A DNA stretch of 63,986 bases, counting the filler, from Sphacelaria rigidula (taxonomy: Eukaryota): assembly GCA_964200075.2 (NCBI GenBank). It is 6 parts of 6 records of this genome, joined end to end, with 100 filler letters (N's around TTAATTAATTAA, not from the genome) between each part and the next. Parts side by side here need not be neighbours in the genome. Positions count along the whole stretch, not along the records: positions 21,366 to 31,947 come from CAXNAA020006247.1; positions 32,048 to 42,628 come from CAXNAA020006248.1; 4 more parts are not named here. One strand, 5' to 3'. The position numbers were made by a program, and so were the translations under genes. Shown one piece after another: positions 26,133 to 38,900 of this stretch. Every line of letters starts with the position of its first letter. Position 1 is the stretch's first letter. Below the pieces are notes generated by a model, which saw nothing but the letters and a program-made list of their open reading frames with translations, searched no databases and was not told the origin of the DNA.

Positions 26133-26948
26133 CTTTGGCTCGTCGCTCATGTGTTCCAGCTGCTGTTCATCGGTGCCACTCTCCAGACCATCTCTCGCAA
26201 CGGTTGTCACCTCATCCACAGCTTCAGCCCCTGATTCCTCGACGATATCCGATATCGCGCCTCCCAAGGAGTCTCCAAAGGCAGCGTCGATTTCGTCCGT
26301 AGGAATGAACAGACCGGTGCAAACCTTGAGCGTAATACTCGCGAGGGCCAGGGCCACCTTTGCAAGCGGCATTGCCTTCGCCGCCCACTCCCTCAGCTGC
26401 TTCAACTTGTATCCCTGACCGTTAGGTCCGCACTCGGCTAGACTGCAATCATGGGTGCAGAGAAAAAACAAGCGCAATTTTCGGTTGACAATGCCCCCAC
26501 GAGCCTTCTTGCCGTCGTGCCGTCGCTTCCCACTAACGTTGCCCCCACCAGCCGTTTTACCGTCGCGGCACCAAGCCTTCAGCCGGCCAGACCAGCTCGA
26601 CAAGCTTCTGTCGTCATCGCTGAGAGTGCCCTCGTGTTTTGGCAGGAGACATACTAAGCGAGGGACGGGCCACCTCAAGCATGCTACATCCAACGACACG
26701 TTTCGCAGTATTTGAAGCTCCGAGTCTCGCAGACCACCGTTCGAGATGCCGTCTATCTTTGTCCCAAGCTCGCTCACGAGCATTTCCACCTTGGTCCCGA
26801 GCGGCTGCGGGTCGCCTTTGCCTACATTCAGGCGCAAATCGTGAAGATTTTGAACCAGAGTGTCGATGTCCTCGCCCACTTGTCTCCGTTGGTGCGTCCG
26901 GCACGCGTCAAGAATGCTTTTCAGTGCAACCTCGAGACCCTGCTGCAG
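26133..26948 (-). CDS. ROCO gene, exon encoding a helical linker and TORNADO1-like C-terminal domain
   Basis: GTATCAG acceptor and AAG|GTAGGC donor, 816 nt open, phase 0/0; WPVPRLVCLLP..LRLFFLC..CGPNGQGY..REWAAKAMP. Confidence 0.85.
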
Positions 26949-27454
26949 CTGATACGGGGAACGACACAGGCGACCGATTGGATATGCATGTCAATGTTGC
27001 CCCTGTTAATGTCGAGACCAAAAAACCCGTGATTTTCCCAGTACTCTTTGGTTGAATTTCGTTCGAAAACAAATTGAAATGCATTCACCTATGCCTACAA
27101 CATACCCGTACAAGGCTGTGGGCGCGTCGGATAACACGAGCACGACCTGAGGAATGAGTAATTCCCTCTCATGCCATGCTCTTTTCTTGCTTCCTGCGTT
27201 TTGGTACATATAACCCTGTCCGATATCCATTTGCCGGTCCGCACCCAAAACACACATGAAAACGATTTGCAACAGTGAGCGCGGTATCCAGATGCACCGT
27301 GCTAAGCAGAATAGGTCACACTGTCAACAAACGACATAGGCCGTTCCACAGGAACATGACCCACACGTGGGACATGATATCACCTTCGTCCTGGAGATCT
27401 ACGAAGAGTTAGACCCATATATCATTTGCAAGCAACCCTTACCACGAGACACAC

Positions 27455-28342
27455 CTGAACGATACGACATTCAAGATGCTCCTGAAGATGTTTCAGGCTA
27501 TCTCGCCAAGCCTGTCCGCCAAACATGAACTGAGGCTCCGTCGATGTCTTGAATTGAAGTCCAGGATATCGCCCCTTGAGTAACTTCACCAGGGCGTCCC
27601 TCACGCGAATCCCGGGGCCGTTCACCGTCTCGGGGGTACTCCCCGCGATGTCTATCTCAATCCTGCAGGGAAGGGCGTCGGTGGGATCGTGCAGGCAAAC
27701 CAGGTATTCCAAACCCCCCATCATAAACGCCGCTCCTCTGCTCCAGCACGAGCGGAAAAAGATGCGACTACTGCTGTCGCAGAAGGTCCCGAGGAATTGA
27801 GCGGCGAGGCCGGCAGGCACGTATTTGCTGTATACGTATACGATGAACTGCATCCTTACACCGTTAGAAATTGCAGTTTCCAGATGCACAAGTGAGGCAT
27901 CACCGACACGAGCCGGCAGCCGTGCTGGTACCATGAGTTCCTCATCGCCATCAGCAACAACACGACCAGCCCCATCATGATTATCGTTCACGACGGCGCA
28001 GGGAAACATCGCACCGTGGATCGCCAGGCTTGACAGCATACGATCGAACACGTCTTTGTTGCCGAGCTGATTTTCTTCCCGCCACAGAAATCCTACGTAA
28101 GCCTTGGTGAGCCTACCGGCTTTGACGAACTTCTCGTGTACGGCGTCTAGCTCGTCGAAAGGAATGTGTTGCTGATCACAGTAGTCCATCATCTGCTGTG
28201 TCCACCAGCTAGCATGATTCCGATCCACCAGGCGATGGTCCAACAGCGCCCGCAGTAAGACGTTGATCCATGAAGGGTCGAGATGTACCAGCCCGCACGT
28301 CACCAGCATCGTGCCCCCGATTTCGCGCATGGTCAGTGCCGC
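27455..28342 (-). CDS. ROCO gene, COR-domain exon
   Basis: GTGTTCAG acceptor and CAG|GTGTGT donor, 888 nt open, phase 0/0; VHLDPSWINVLLRALLDH, LMVPARLP, YVPAGL, CWSRG are COR-type motifs. Confidence 0.9.
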
Positions 28343-28992
28343 CTGAACACAACGGGACAAAAACCCCACTTCCGTCAATCTAACCCGTTGCGAGATATCA
28401 AAACATGGCCTCGAAAGCACAGCATACGGTTCGTGCTACCCGAAAGGGTACGTTCATCTGTCACAATCGATTTGCACTACTGTGGCGTCTGTTGCAATTG
28501 ACGTGCCGTGCCATCTGAAAGAGATTGCGCGTACCGCCGTCGGCTGAGTGCGACACCCAGATCCTTGACATTCACGGCAAATGAGATATATCAACGCGGA
28601 ACAGTTAACGCAGACTGTGAGCACAACAAGATGCGTTGGGGACAAGAGAAACACTGCACACGGAATAAGATTGTTTTATCTACGCGCGCAGTTTATGTAG
28701 TCTTCCGCCTGCACGACGCCGCGGCAGTGTGCAACAAGGCATTACCGTATGAAATAAGAACGGCACTGTGAGATACGTGGGGTATCTTATCGTGTCTAAA
28801 ACATGAGCGAGTTACATCGAAACAATGGGGAGAAAATCCAAACTCTACCGCCAAGCAGTACATGAACCACACATCACTTGATACTACTCTCAGGTAGCCA
28901 TCATTCATGAAACAAAGAACACCGGAACAGGGGCTGTCATTCAAGGACGTCACGTACTTCGTCAGTCCTCTAAGCGACGCAAACTCCCGCAC

Positions 28993-29685
28993 CTTCAAAA
29001 CTTCTTCTCCATCTTTGGGTGACCCCCCAACCTCCGTGGCCAATTTCAGGCGGCTGACCACGTATGTCCACGTCTTCACGGCGTACTCCCAGGTGACGAA
29101 CTCGTGCTTGGCCAACCCCTCGATGGGGTCCACGGGTTGGCCGATCGACTGTACCGCAACAAATGGATCAGCGCCCATCTGCAAGGCCTCCATCACCCGC
29201 CACACCCTCGCCCAGGAAACAGGAACAGTCTGCCCGACGCTCGGAAAAAGTCTTTTCCCATCCGCCGCTGGCCCTACTTCCTCTACTAGACTACAGATTT
29301 TGTCTCGCAATCTACAGAGGTCGTCGGGGCTACGGCCAGAAGCCTCAACCACGCCGCAAATCCTGAGTGAGGGGGCTGTCTCCGCAGAACGGTCCAGGTT
29401 GTGGTTGTTAGTCTGCATGTGGACTGCACGGTTCCACTCTTCACGCTTGTCCTCCATGTACTCGCTGATAGCACCCTGCAGATGACTCAGTGCTGCATCA
29501 ACCTCCCCTCGATTGTCGCCGAAACAGTCGCCATGGGTTGCAACGACCAAGACTGCGCAGGCAGGCAACCGACACAACAAGGCATCCAGCCAGATGTATA
29601 CAGCGTCTCCCCGACAAGATGAATCTCGGCAAAACTTGTGCAGATCCACGACCAGCAGCTGCAGAGCACCCTCAGTCAAAAACAG
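28993..29685 (-). CDS. ROCO gene, exon encoding C-half of Roc and start of COR
   Basis: TTCACAG acceptor and AAG|GTGCGG donor, 693 nt open, phase 0/0; LFLTEGALQLLVVDL, WLDAL, VLVVATHGD (G4), FPSVGQTVPVSW. Confidence 0.9.
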
Positions 29686-31825
29686 CTGTGAATGGAGCGA
29701 GCAAGATGGCAGGAAGAAACAGTTTCACACATTCGAAATATCGAAACAAAGCCTGCGTAATCTAGCAGTAATGTTTTATCAAATGACGCGGTTTGTATCG
29801 TGACAACTGAACCCCCAAAAGGACCATCTGCATAACAAGATATATCTATGCCGGAACAATTCTTGCCTTTACGATAATTGGCCTATAACGACATGTTCGT
29901 GAGATTAATAAGAATACTTTTGGGGGGGGCGGGAGGTTTTTCGTGATACACAACAAGACGGTAAAAACGTCCGTCGCCCCCCCAAAAGCGGTGATCTGAC
30001 AGGGATTTTTGGCGCGATCACATTCAGTGTTGGGCCGAAAGAAGAAAAGGAAAGAAAAAAATAATATGTATATATATATATATGCGGATTTTCGCGTACA
30101 AGAGTCATCGCATAGAATATCAGCTCAGAGCATCCCCAAAATAGGTGAAATCCACACGAGTCAGGAGCTCCTTGGGAAGGACTCCCGGCCCAACACGCGG
30201 CATATAACACTATATTCGTGATATTCAGAGGGTAGTTTCAGATTCAGGGTGAGACCCGAAACAATCGACTTTCCCGTCGATTTTGACATCGCCATAGTTC
30301 GAGGAGTAATGCGCCCAGCTGGTGAAGCGATGGCTACAATGAAAGCCGTCACCTACACGATCAATTTGACACATCATTTGATCCCAACTACGTAGTCAGT
30401 CCATTGCAACAAAAGATCCACTCTTTCAAGAAAAACCGATTAGTGCCTGAAACAGTTCCAGTTCCGGAATGCCCCCCAGGTGTAAAAATGTGTTGTGCGG
30501 TATCTCACCAACCAGACCGCCGAATTTCTCGAATGGGGTACTGTACGGTAGCTGCATGCACAGCACGTGTGCTCAAGCAAAAAAAACAAAACGTTGCCTG
30601 TTAGGAACGCTAGAGCATCCACTCTGCATCTGAATCTACCCTCTGAATCTCACGAGTAGAGTGTTATATCTGAAAAGTTATGTTTGAAAATGGATCGTCG
30701 GCGCATGTTTCAGAGAGAAAACGTGATCATGTCCCGCGTTCGGTGGTGTGCATCGTGTTGCTCGGTACGGGTGCCTTGCGGGCCCTATGGTACACCGATA
30801 GTTGGCGGCCGCGGTTCGCATTGCCGCCCGTCACCACGCCTAGGGTGTAGTATATGGAGTGTGCAATCCGTGTGGAAAAAAAGCATCTCATTTACTTTCA
30901 GCACAAATGAGGACGGCATGATCGTTTGCATGCATGCCTGGCGGCGCAGCTGGTTGCTTTTGAAATTAAAAATTCTGTCTCGACCATCATGAAGTGCGGT
31001 AAAATTGCTGATGCAGTGCACTAACTGCATGTACTGCATTTGATACTACCGTAATACTGCGTAAACGCATCTGATATGCGGCGCAACAAGGGCGTAACCG
31101 AATCTCGTGTTTATCTGGATACTTTCCTGCACGGTAAACTCCCAATTTTCAGAGCAACTTTCGTTGTGGATTTAGAATAACTCGCCTGCGACTTTGCGTT
31201 CCCTCGTGAAACTTTGCGCACGAGCCGAATGTTGAAATATATATGGCTGTCGTGGCTTGTGTTTAAAATACACAACGTTCAATTGTCGAGTTGACAGGAA
31301 CAATCGGTTCACCTGGTGAACCCAGCTCTGACGAGAGAGCTCGCAGAGGCTGGCTGCACAGTGTTGGTTAAACACTTGCTTGTGCAATGAGGCAAATATG
31401 TTTAAACTCGCCGCTTCATCTGGGTGTTACTCAAACGAAACACAACCATTCTCTACTCCATAGAATACTGATGACAAGCTGGTAGGCTTACGTGAGGTGG
31501 GTCGCTTTGGGGAGTAAATAGCGTGGGGCTATTTCACTCTGTCGACCAAACTCTCAACTCTTGGACACTTTCAAACTGTTTATACGGACTGTTAATACCT
31601 TAGACTCTTCGTACCCAACTCTTCAGTATTCTGACAATAGCGTTAGTTTCTGTACACGAGCTATTCATTATTCTACGACGAGTATCCTACTTCTTCGGGT
31701 ATCCTCATGATTCATGTTAACGATGAACCGTTACTAAATGTACCGCTAATCTCGAGTATGTATATTCGGGACTGCTTTTCATCAAATTCCAGCACGGGAC
31801 ACAACACAGGCAACATATGTGTTAA

Positions 31826-31923
31826 CCCTTAGACCGCGAGATTAGTCTTCCTGGATCATGCATACTTTTTTTCACTTGAAATTGATGCCGATCCAACAGA
31901 AGAGTAACCTCGCGGTCTAAGGA
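31826..31923. mobile_element. piggyBac-type MITE (98 bp)
   Basis: TTAA at 31822-31825 and 31924-31927; ends CCCTTAGACCGCGAG and CTCGCGGTCTAAGGA with ~30-bp imperfect TIRs. Confidence 0.85.
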
Positions 31924-31947
31924 TTAAGCGCCCGCACGATCGGGCCC

Positions 31948-32047
31948 NNNNNNNNNNNNNNNNNNNNNNNNNNNNNNNNNNNNNNNNNNNNTTAATTAAT
32001 TAANNNNNNNNNNNNNNNNNNNNNNNNNNNNNNNNNNNNNNNNNNNN
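31948..32047. other. Artificial contig linker
   Basis: 44 N + TTAATTAATTAA + 44 N. Confidence 0.99.
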
Positions 32048-33074
32048 AATTCCAAATATTGGCCGGCGCATCCGCCTGCAAACGTCCATGCAGCCTCTAG
32101 GCTGGCCCAGCTCGTAGCCGTACAGAAGGAAGCAGCACCTGGCAGCGCGCCACAAAGTGAAACACCGCCACACTCTGCTCGCTGCGAGAAAAAAAAATGC
32201 AGTCCAAAACAAAGCTGCCGACCGTCGCATAGTTTGCATCTCACGCTTATATTAGTATATATAAACAGACAATTACGAAGGACATTATCACAACAGTCGT
32301 TCGCAGATGTAAGGCAGTGCAAGTACTACAATCGCTCCAGACGTCTTGGTTTCTGCACTGGAGCTCTGACACGAAGCAGTCGCTAGCTTTGTCTTTCTTC
32401 TGTGAACTCCCCCTCTGAAATTCGACACTTGAAGGGATACTCGCTGTTGGAGAACTAAGCAGCAGCGCCTGCCGGCACGCAACCAAACTGCATGTCGTGA
32501 CAGCTTGCGGCGAGAAAAAACAACATGGGCACCGATTTTTTTTCATTTTCGATGTTGGACCTTTAATATAATAGCGCTAGACACCAATCCTCAACCCAAA
32601 AGTACCGATCGCGCAACGCGTATAACTCGGTGACAAAGCAGAGGATTGGACTGCCGTGTCTTGCGTGCGCTTCCCACACACCCAAGCTAGGTCAACCTAA
32701 TTGACTTTTTCGTTTGAGCGTGATACTGAGCCGCAACAAACCCCAACGTACAAAAATGAGGTGTTTTGCGCTCTGGGAGGGGGTTTTCTCGCTGCTGGCG
32801 CGACGCCAGGAAAATGTGAAATGGATTCTCCTCGATCTTGTGTGTATGCGGGGGGGGGTGAAGAACCGAAGGCTGGCTTGCTTCCTGTGTCGAGAACCGC
32901 GCGATCTGCCGTGCTAGAGCTGTCCCATAGTAAATCAAGTTTATAAGTGATGGAGCGTGCGTTCTGCTCGAGAGGGCCTCGGCACAGGTGCGACCACCTA
33001 CTGACGTGCTCATTATTCCTCCGCACTCATGTTTTTTTTTAGTTTGCCGTTGGTTTTTGGTCGTTAGACCCTCC

Positions 33075-33196
33075 AGTCCCACCCATAACTGTTGGGCATG
33101 GTGTGAGAAAAAATGCCAGATCGCTCCGGAATTGAACCCGCTACCCAACCGTCAGAAGGTTTCGAGGTTACTAACTGAGCCACCGGAGCGATCGGC
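33075..33196 (-). mobile_element. tRNA-derived SINE, family B (5' part), inside PSMA3 intron
   Basis: Minus-strand head CCGGTGGCTCAGTTAGTAACCTCGAAACCTTCTGACGG..GGTTCAATTCC; matches 52944, 57841 and 41230 copies. Confidence 0.7.
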
Positions 33197-33624
33197 ACTC
33201 TGCTCTTGGGATTTTGTAGAACGTGCGGGGTGACGAAATACAACGCGAGCCAGGTATTGATCGAAAACTCTACTCACAGGCTTGGTGCCAACACGAATTC
33301 CACGTGTGTGCATTCGTAGCTAGTGTTGAGAAAAGAGCGAAAAAAAACTCGTGTTCTTACTGTTCCGATATACGTTACCACATGTTTTGGAGCCCTCCAT
33401 CGGATAATTCAGAGATGGTTGCGCCTGATTTTACAACCTTCGAAAATAGCGTTAATTCGATGTAGGCCATGTAGCGTGGCTCACAACTCCACCATACGTG
33501 CACCACAGATGAACTCAAACCAGAGACTGTCTCATAAGTGAAGTGATTTTCCGCCACCTCAGCCCCTGAAGAAAAAAACTTCATTATTGGTTCCTTGCTG
33601 CCTGCATATCCGGCTCCCTCTCAC

Positions 33625-35485
33625 CGGTTTGATCCTGGCACAAGCATCTTGGAAATAAGGAGCTTCTCTACTGCCAACAGCACCCCGTCCTTACAGCGCA
33701 CCCCAACCGCCGTCCCGGAGTTTTCTACAGCCTTTGTTGCGTACTCCACCTGCGTGTTCATGACGTGAGGGTTTCAACAAAGGCATGGTTGTCATACGCA
33801 AGGAAGGAATCAGCATCGGATGTATGGGAAGATAGAAAACACTTTCTCCTCTCTTTGCCTGAGCAACGATGAGGAGTCGACAATGTGGCTGCTCACAGAG
33901 GCCTACGGCATCATGTCTATCATCGAATCGTCAGAGTACACGGTTATATTACTACTGCTGAATGGCATAGAGTACAACGATGCTGCTCGTGAACATGGGG
34001 GCAAAGATCGCATAGTTCATTTTCTCCGCACATCGATGACCAGTACCTAGGCCTCATGTACAGGGGGTTTTGCGGTCTTGCGTGTCAAGTAACTATTTGG
34101 ACGAAACATCCCACCCTTTAACTGACGGCGTCGTTCGGTCAGGCGCGGACTCAAAATGCCGAGATTGGTGGTTTGGATTATCTCACCTGGAAAATCTTCC
34201 CATCCGGCGAGAAGGTCGTCGCCGACAGGTCGTACTGGGAGTACATCATTCCACCAGCGAAAAACACAAACAGCAACAAAAACCAAACACAGGAAGAATG
34301 GGGATCAAATAATCTTCGATGCCTGGATGACCAACAACAACGAAAACTATGAAACAAAGGGCGAAAACGAGGTGTGGAGGGATTCGTGGCAGTGGTGGGC
34401 ATTCACGGACAAGAACCCACACATGGGAAGATTATTGGACTGTTACCGTCGATGCCAGTATGCAGCATGAAAAACACGATGTACTCCGTGCGACCGACGG
34501 AGCGCGATCAGGAATAGCAATGGTTGCACGAGGAACTCGGGAGTCCCTGCGCAAGGTGACCTGTCGAAATCTAGCGTATTCAAGGCGACTCCCCTTCCCC
34601 CATCCCCCTCCCTCTATTTCCCACTCTGGGCTGGGTGTCGGTGTGCGTATGGTGGATTTCCCTCGGGACAACAATCTTTTCGTTTGCTTTTCGCGAGTAT
34701 GGGGACATGCCCTGAATTAAACTACAGACGTGTGTATAGTGCCGAGTCATACACGATCTGTTGTATGGACTGCTGCGGCGGCTCCACCGTGGCGTTCATA
34801 GCCGGCAAAAAGTTGCCTCTGGTCTCGAGTCTAACAACGGAACAAGAGCGTGTCGCCTAAAGTCATCATGCATCGAACACGATCAACCCAGCCGAGCAAC
34901 AAGATTATTTCGAAGTTCCACTCGAACCAAGCGAAGCTACATTGCATCTTCACGGCTATATCCCAAGCTGCGCATAACCTGGGGTGGTTTGCCGGGGGGG
35001 GGTTGTATGTGTTGTATCGCAGAACTCGCTTGCCCATGGAGGAGAGGGCAAGCACATGCCAGCATTCAAGTGCTGGAACTCCTGATTCACGCAGCGCAGT
35101 CTAAAGGTCTATAACTAACCGAAGCTCTAACCCCCCTCTCCCCTCTCCCCCACGAAGTACGACAATAAACAAAAATGTTGATGGAGAGAAGGGGACACAC
35201 GGAGAGAGAGAGAGAGAGAGCTGGTCGTATCATTGCACCATGATCTTCACTTTGTCTTTACTGTTGTCCTGTACCGGAGTCATCCTACGATAGGGGACCG
35301 TACACAGCACAGCCGACAGGAGGCAACGACCGAACTTTGTATCTACTACTGTTGTATCCACTGCTACGCAACGTTTGCCTCAAAGACATCACCCGCCTGT
35401 GCTTTTCAACGAAGCAAATATACTGCCCTTTATTGTCCATGCCATATTCTCGCCTTTGACTTACCCCTGCTCCCGTGCTGCTCAT
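33625..35485 (-). CDS. PSMA3: 20S proteasome subunit alpha type 3 (alpha7), 5' part; exons 35485-35465, 34234-34187, 33749-33625; remainder not on this contig
   Basis: Spliced product [65 protein letters not shown] is the alpha7 N-terminal signature; all introns GT-AG with consistent phases. Confidence 0.95.
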
Positions 35486-35909
35486 TCTCTCTACCCTATC
35501 ACCCGGAAACTCCCTAACCCTCTGCTATCCCTGGTGTTCCTGTGCGCTGCTCCTTTCTCCTCCGCAGCGCAGCAAATCCACCTCGCCTGGTTGCTTCCAC
35601 GCACCTATTTAGTCTCCTCCGGTTTTTCTTGATTGAAATCCAACAAGCAATAATCAACGGTACTGATACGTCAGGTACAGTTCGCTGCTGTGCGTTAGGC
35701 TATGCACGGCCACTGCAGAGGGTAAGGACGTTGCTACGCGGTGCACTTCTATGGCGTTCTCGGGGATGCACGTTGAACGCGTACGACTAATCATTATTTA
35801 TTGTAAGGGTCACAAGTTTTAGTCATGATTATTCGTGACAGGAAAAGTAGCAGGCACCCAGGTACAAGTGTGGAGTATTACGTGCAGTCGATCAGCCCCC
35901 CGAAGAGCA
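35486..35909. promoter_or_regulatory. Putative bidirectional promoter and 5'UTRs between PSMA3 and the RBM18-like gene
   Basis: 424 bp between divergent start codons (35485 on -, 35910 on +); depends on the exon-1 call of the RBM18-like gene. Confidence 0.6.
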
Positions 35910-38900
35910 ATGAAACGTTCAAGAGAGGAGATATCGTCATCCGCAGGAGGCGAGGTTGATAATTCTACTGAAACCGAAGAATCGGCGGCGAAGGACGCCA
36001 AAACCTCATCAGGGAGCAATGTTGAAACACACGCTGCTGGAATAGATGATACAAAGAGTAACGCCAACAGGTGTGTCCGTGATGTATGTGGGGCATTGTG
36101 GCATACACTGTAGTGCCATAGCATGCATAGCGAAATGGAACAGTCTGCAGAATGCTGTAGATTTGGCTCTCGACCAATCAGAAATCTGTGAGGGCCACAT
36201 CGCCCACGGCCGTGCCGCTGGAGATGTGCCTTTTGAGCAACTCGAGGTTTAAATATATGGAATAGCACGGGGGTGTTATTCTACGTTATAATTGCTCCGG
36301 CAGGCGGTATAGCATACGTATGACATCGGTAGCTTTGTTCACGGTAGTTTCGGCGGAGGCTTGACCCCTGCGGTATGCTACTTTTTTGTCTTTGACGTCA
36401 TCCGAGTGTTGGGGTTGGGTTATGTGTGCCCGTAGTCCATCGCAGAACAGCCGCTCGGAAGGTCTTGTAATTTTCCGTCACACTGTGAATCCCTCCCCTT
36501 CCTCGGGGTGTGGTCTTAAGGGATCAACACATCTCTCCCCGGTAAGCTCGAAAGGGCTATGTGAGCATAATGACGGAGAGGGAGTGTACTGTACTGACCA
36601 TCTGTTGGTCGTTTCGGGTAGTGTTGGTACTACAATCGTGGTGTGTACTCGCATTGAGTTCTGCATACCGGTAGGTGTGGGTCCTCCGGGGTGAACGTAC
36701 AGCTTACTCGAGACCCAAGAGAGCATCGTGTACAGGGAACGGGGAGCGCTCCATGATTGTCGGGTTCCAGCCGTGGGTCGGTGAAACCCCACTATCCTTG
36801 AGGCAACTTCGAGCGGTTCACCTCCTCCTGTTGTACAAGAAGGGGTTACAGCAACGCCTCCGCATCTCACCGCAGAAGTCAGTGCTCTATAGCGTGTTGC
36901 ACATCTGCACAAGCAGCGTACTGCTAAATTACAGGTAGATGAACGCCTGATGCACGGTGGGGGCTGTGCGTTGGCAACATTAGGGAAAAAAATAAAGCTT
37001 GAGTTCCATCAAGGCGGATATTCATATACATACTCCTTCGTACCTTGTTTTCTTTTCCCAGGCGGCTTCCGGATACCTTCATTTCGGTTCAAGAGCCACC
37101 ACTGTATCTCGTATCACAGCGGAGAAGCACAGAACTGCTGCTGTCGTCCTCGTATATAGTTAGCAAGATGTCTGACCATTATCCTTCCATCGAAAAGCTG
37201 ATGTTCCCCTTACACGACCCTATGGGCGACACTTGAAAACTCGTGGTAGCATAGTGGCACATGCGTGACACGGGTGTCGGTGGTCAGGATCTGGAAGCAC
37301 CTTCAAACCTCCAACGTTGTGCTTCGAAAAGTGTGGTGCCCCAGTTTTAGTGCTGCGACCTTTTCGAAATCTCCCAACAACGTAACCCCAAAAGTAAGGC
37401 ACATGCACTCGTACACTGAATGTGAGTCGCATCTAATATTGATAGCCAGAATGGCATAACACCGACTGAGCACATATTGGTAAATGTTTGCTGCTTGTAC
37501 TGTAATGTATACTGAACCGGCTCTTTTTCTAGTGCAGTAGTAATTTCTTCAGCGAGTGTTTCAGTTTTGCCTTCCTTGGGTACGTCGATCATGTGACCGA
37601 GGCTTGACCCCTGGGGTGTCAGTGAAAGTGCGACAATCAATCGAATCAATCAAAGTAGTATCGTTTCAGCTCTGCAACACCATATGGCTGCACAGCGCCA
37701 CAGATTTATTTGTTTCCCCATTTTCTTCTTCTTCGCCGACTGCTTCTGTTTTGTTCATCTTAAGTACATCTATCCCGTGACCACGGGTGGGTGCCTCGGG
37801 GATCAGGCAGTGTGCGACAGTCAACCAATCAATGAATTAAATCAAGTTACAGGACAGGGAGAACGCTGTGCTATAGTTACGCACGTACGGACCATGAAAA
37901 CACCAATCTTCGACGACAACCCAAGCTATCCTTTACACCCTGTACACCATAGCCATCAGGGCCGCAAATTGCCTCATCCCGTCAGGGCTCAAGAACCCCA
38001 CCGACTCGTCTCTACCCGCTTGCCTCGCCGCCTTTCGCCGCCCTCTCATTGCCGCTCTTCCGATGATCAATCGCGACTTGAAACGAAACAAAGCGCTGAC
38101 GCAGCTATCCCGTCGGGGTCACCCGGTGCATCCATATCTAACGCTACCGCCACCACACCAGCGGCTACCGCCACCGCGAAAAAGTCTACGGAATCCGAAA
38201 CAAGAGGAGGTGCTGGAGTATCGGCGGCAACAACATCGGTGTCCTCAGCCTCTAAACCTGTCGCCAAGCAGGTTGGGACGGGGAAGGCTCCCGGCGGGGA
38301 TGTAGATGAGCGGGAGGTTGAAGGGGTGCCAAACGAGACTCTATTCGTTGGAAATCTCAGCTATAAGTAAGTCCATGCGTAGTGTGTGTGTGTGTGTGTG
38401 TGTGTTGTCGTCCCATTTATTCTGGGCGCCAGTCTACCCCTTTCGGGATATGTGAAGTATTCACTCAAAAAGGGTAGGAGTATTTTGATACTGTCGTTGA
38501 AGATTTCAGCTGTCGGTGAGGTGTTCCGTGTGTAACACTATGGAAACGGTGTGTCGAGGGGGGGCTAATTCATTCGAACGTCTAAAATCTCAGCCACAAT
38601 GGCAAAGTTTCATGAGTGTTTGCAGCTGCCTCGACTCCAAGGATATTGGTCTTGTGGCGTAGTGAATAAAATTTAAAAGTGCTGGTGCTGGGATCACGGG
38701 CAGACAATGAGCGATAACGTACACATGTCTTACCTTTGTGTTGCCCATGATCGTGAGAAGTTCGCTTCAATCAACCCTTGAAGCAAGGCCTTGAGCTTTT
38801 TCTCACGAAAATTCCAAGATGTGTACTGTGAGGTTGGTCGTTGTGTGGTCAATTATCATGAAAAATGACCATGAACAATTACTTTTTCGCGAATGCGTAC

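Noticed and set aside
24595..35485. ROCO gene clustered with PSMA3 as a functional neighbourhood
   Set aside because: They lie on different contigs joined artificially.
37684..38093. N-terminal part of the 228-aa ORF as coding
   Set aside because: Looks intronic (pyrimidine tract before the acceptor at 38093); only 38094-38366 fits the spliced model.
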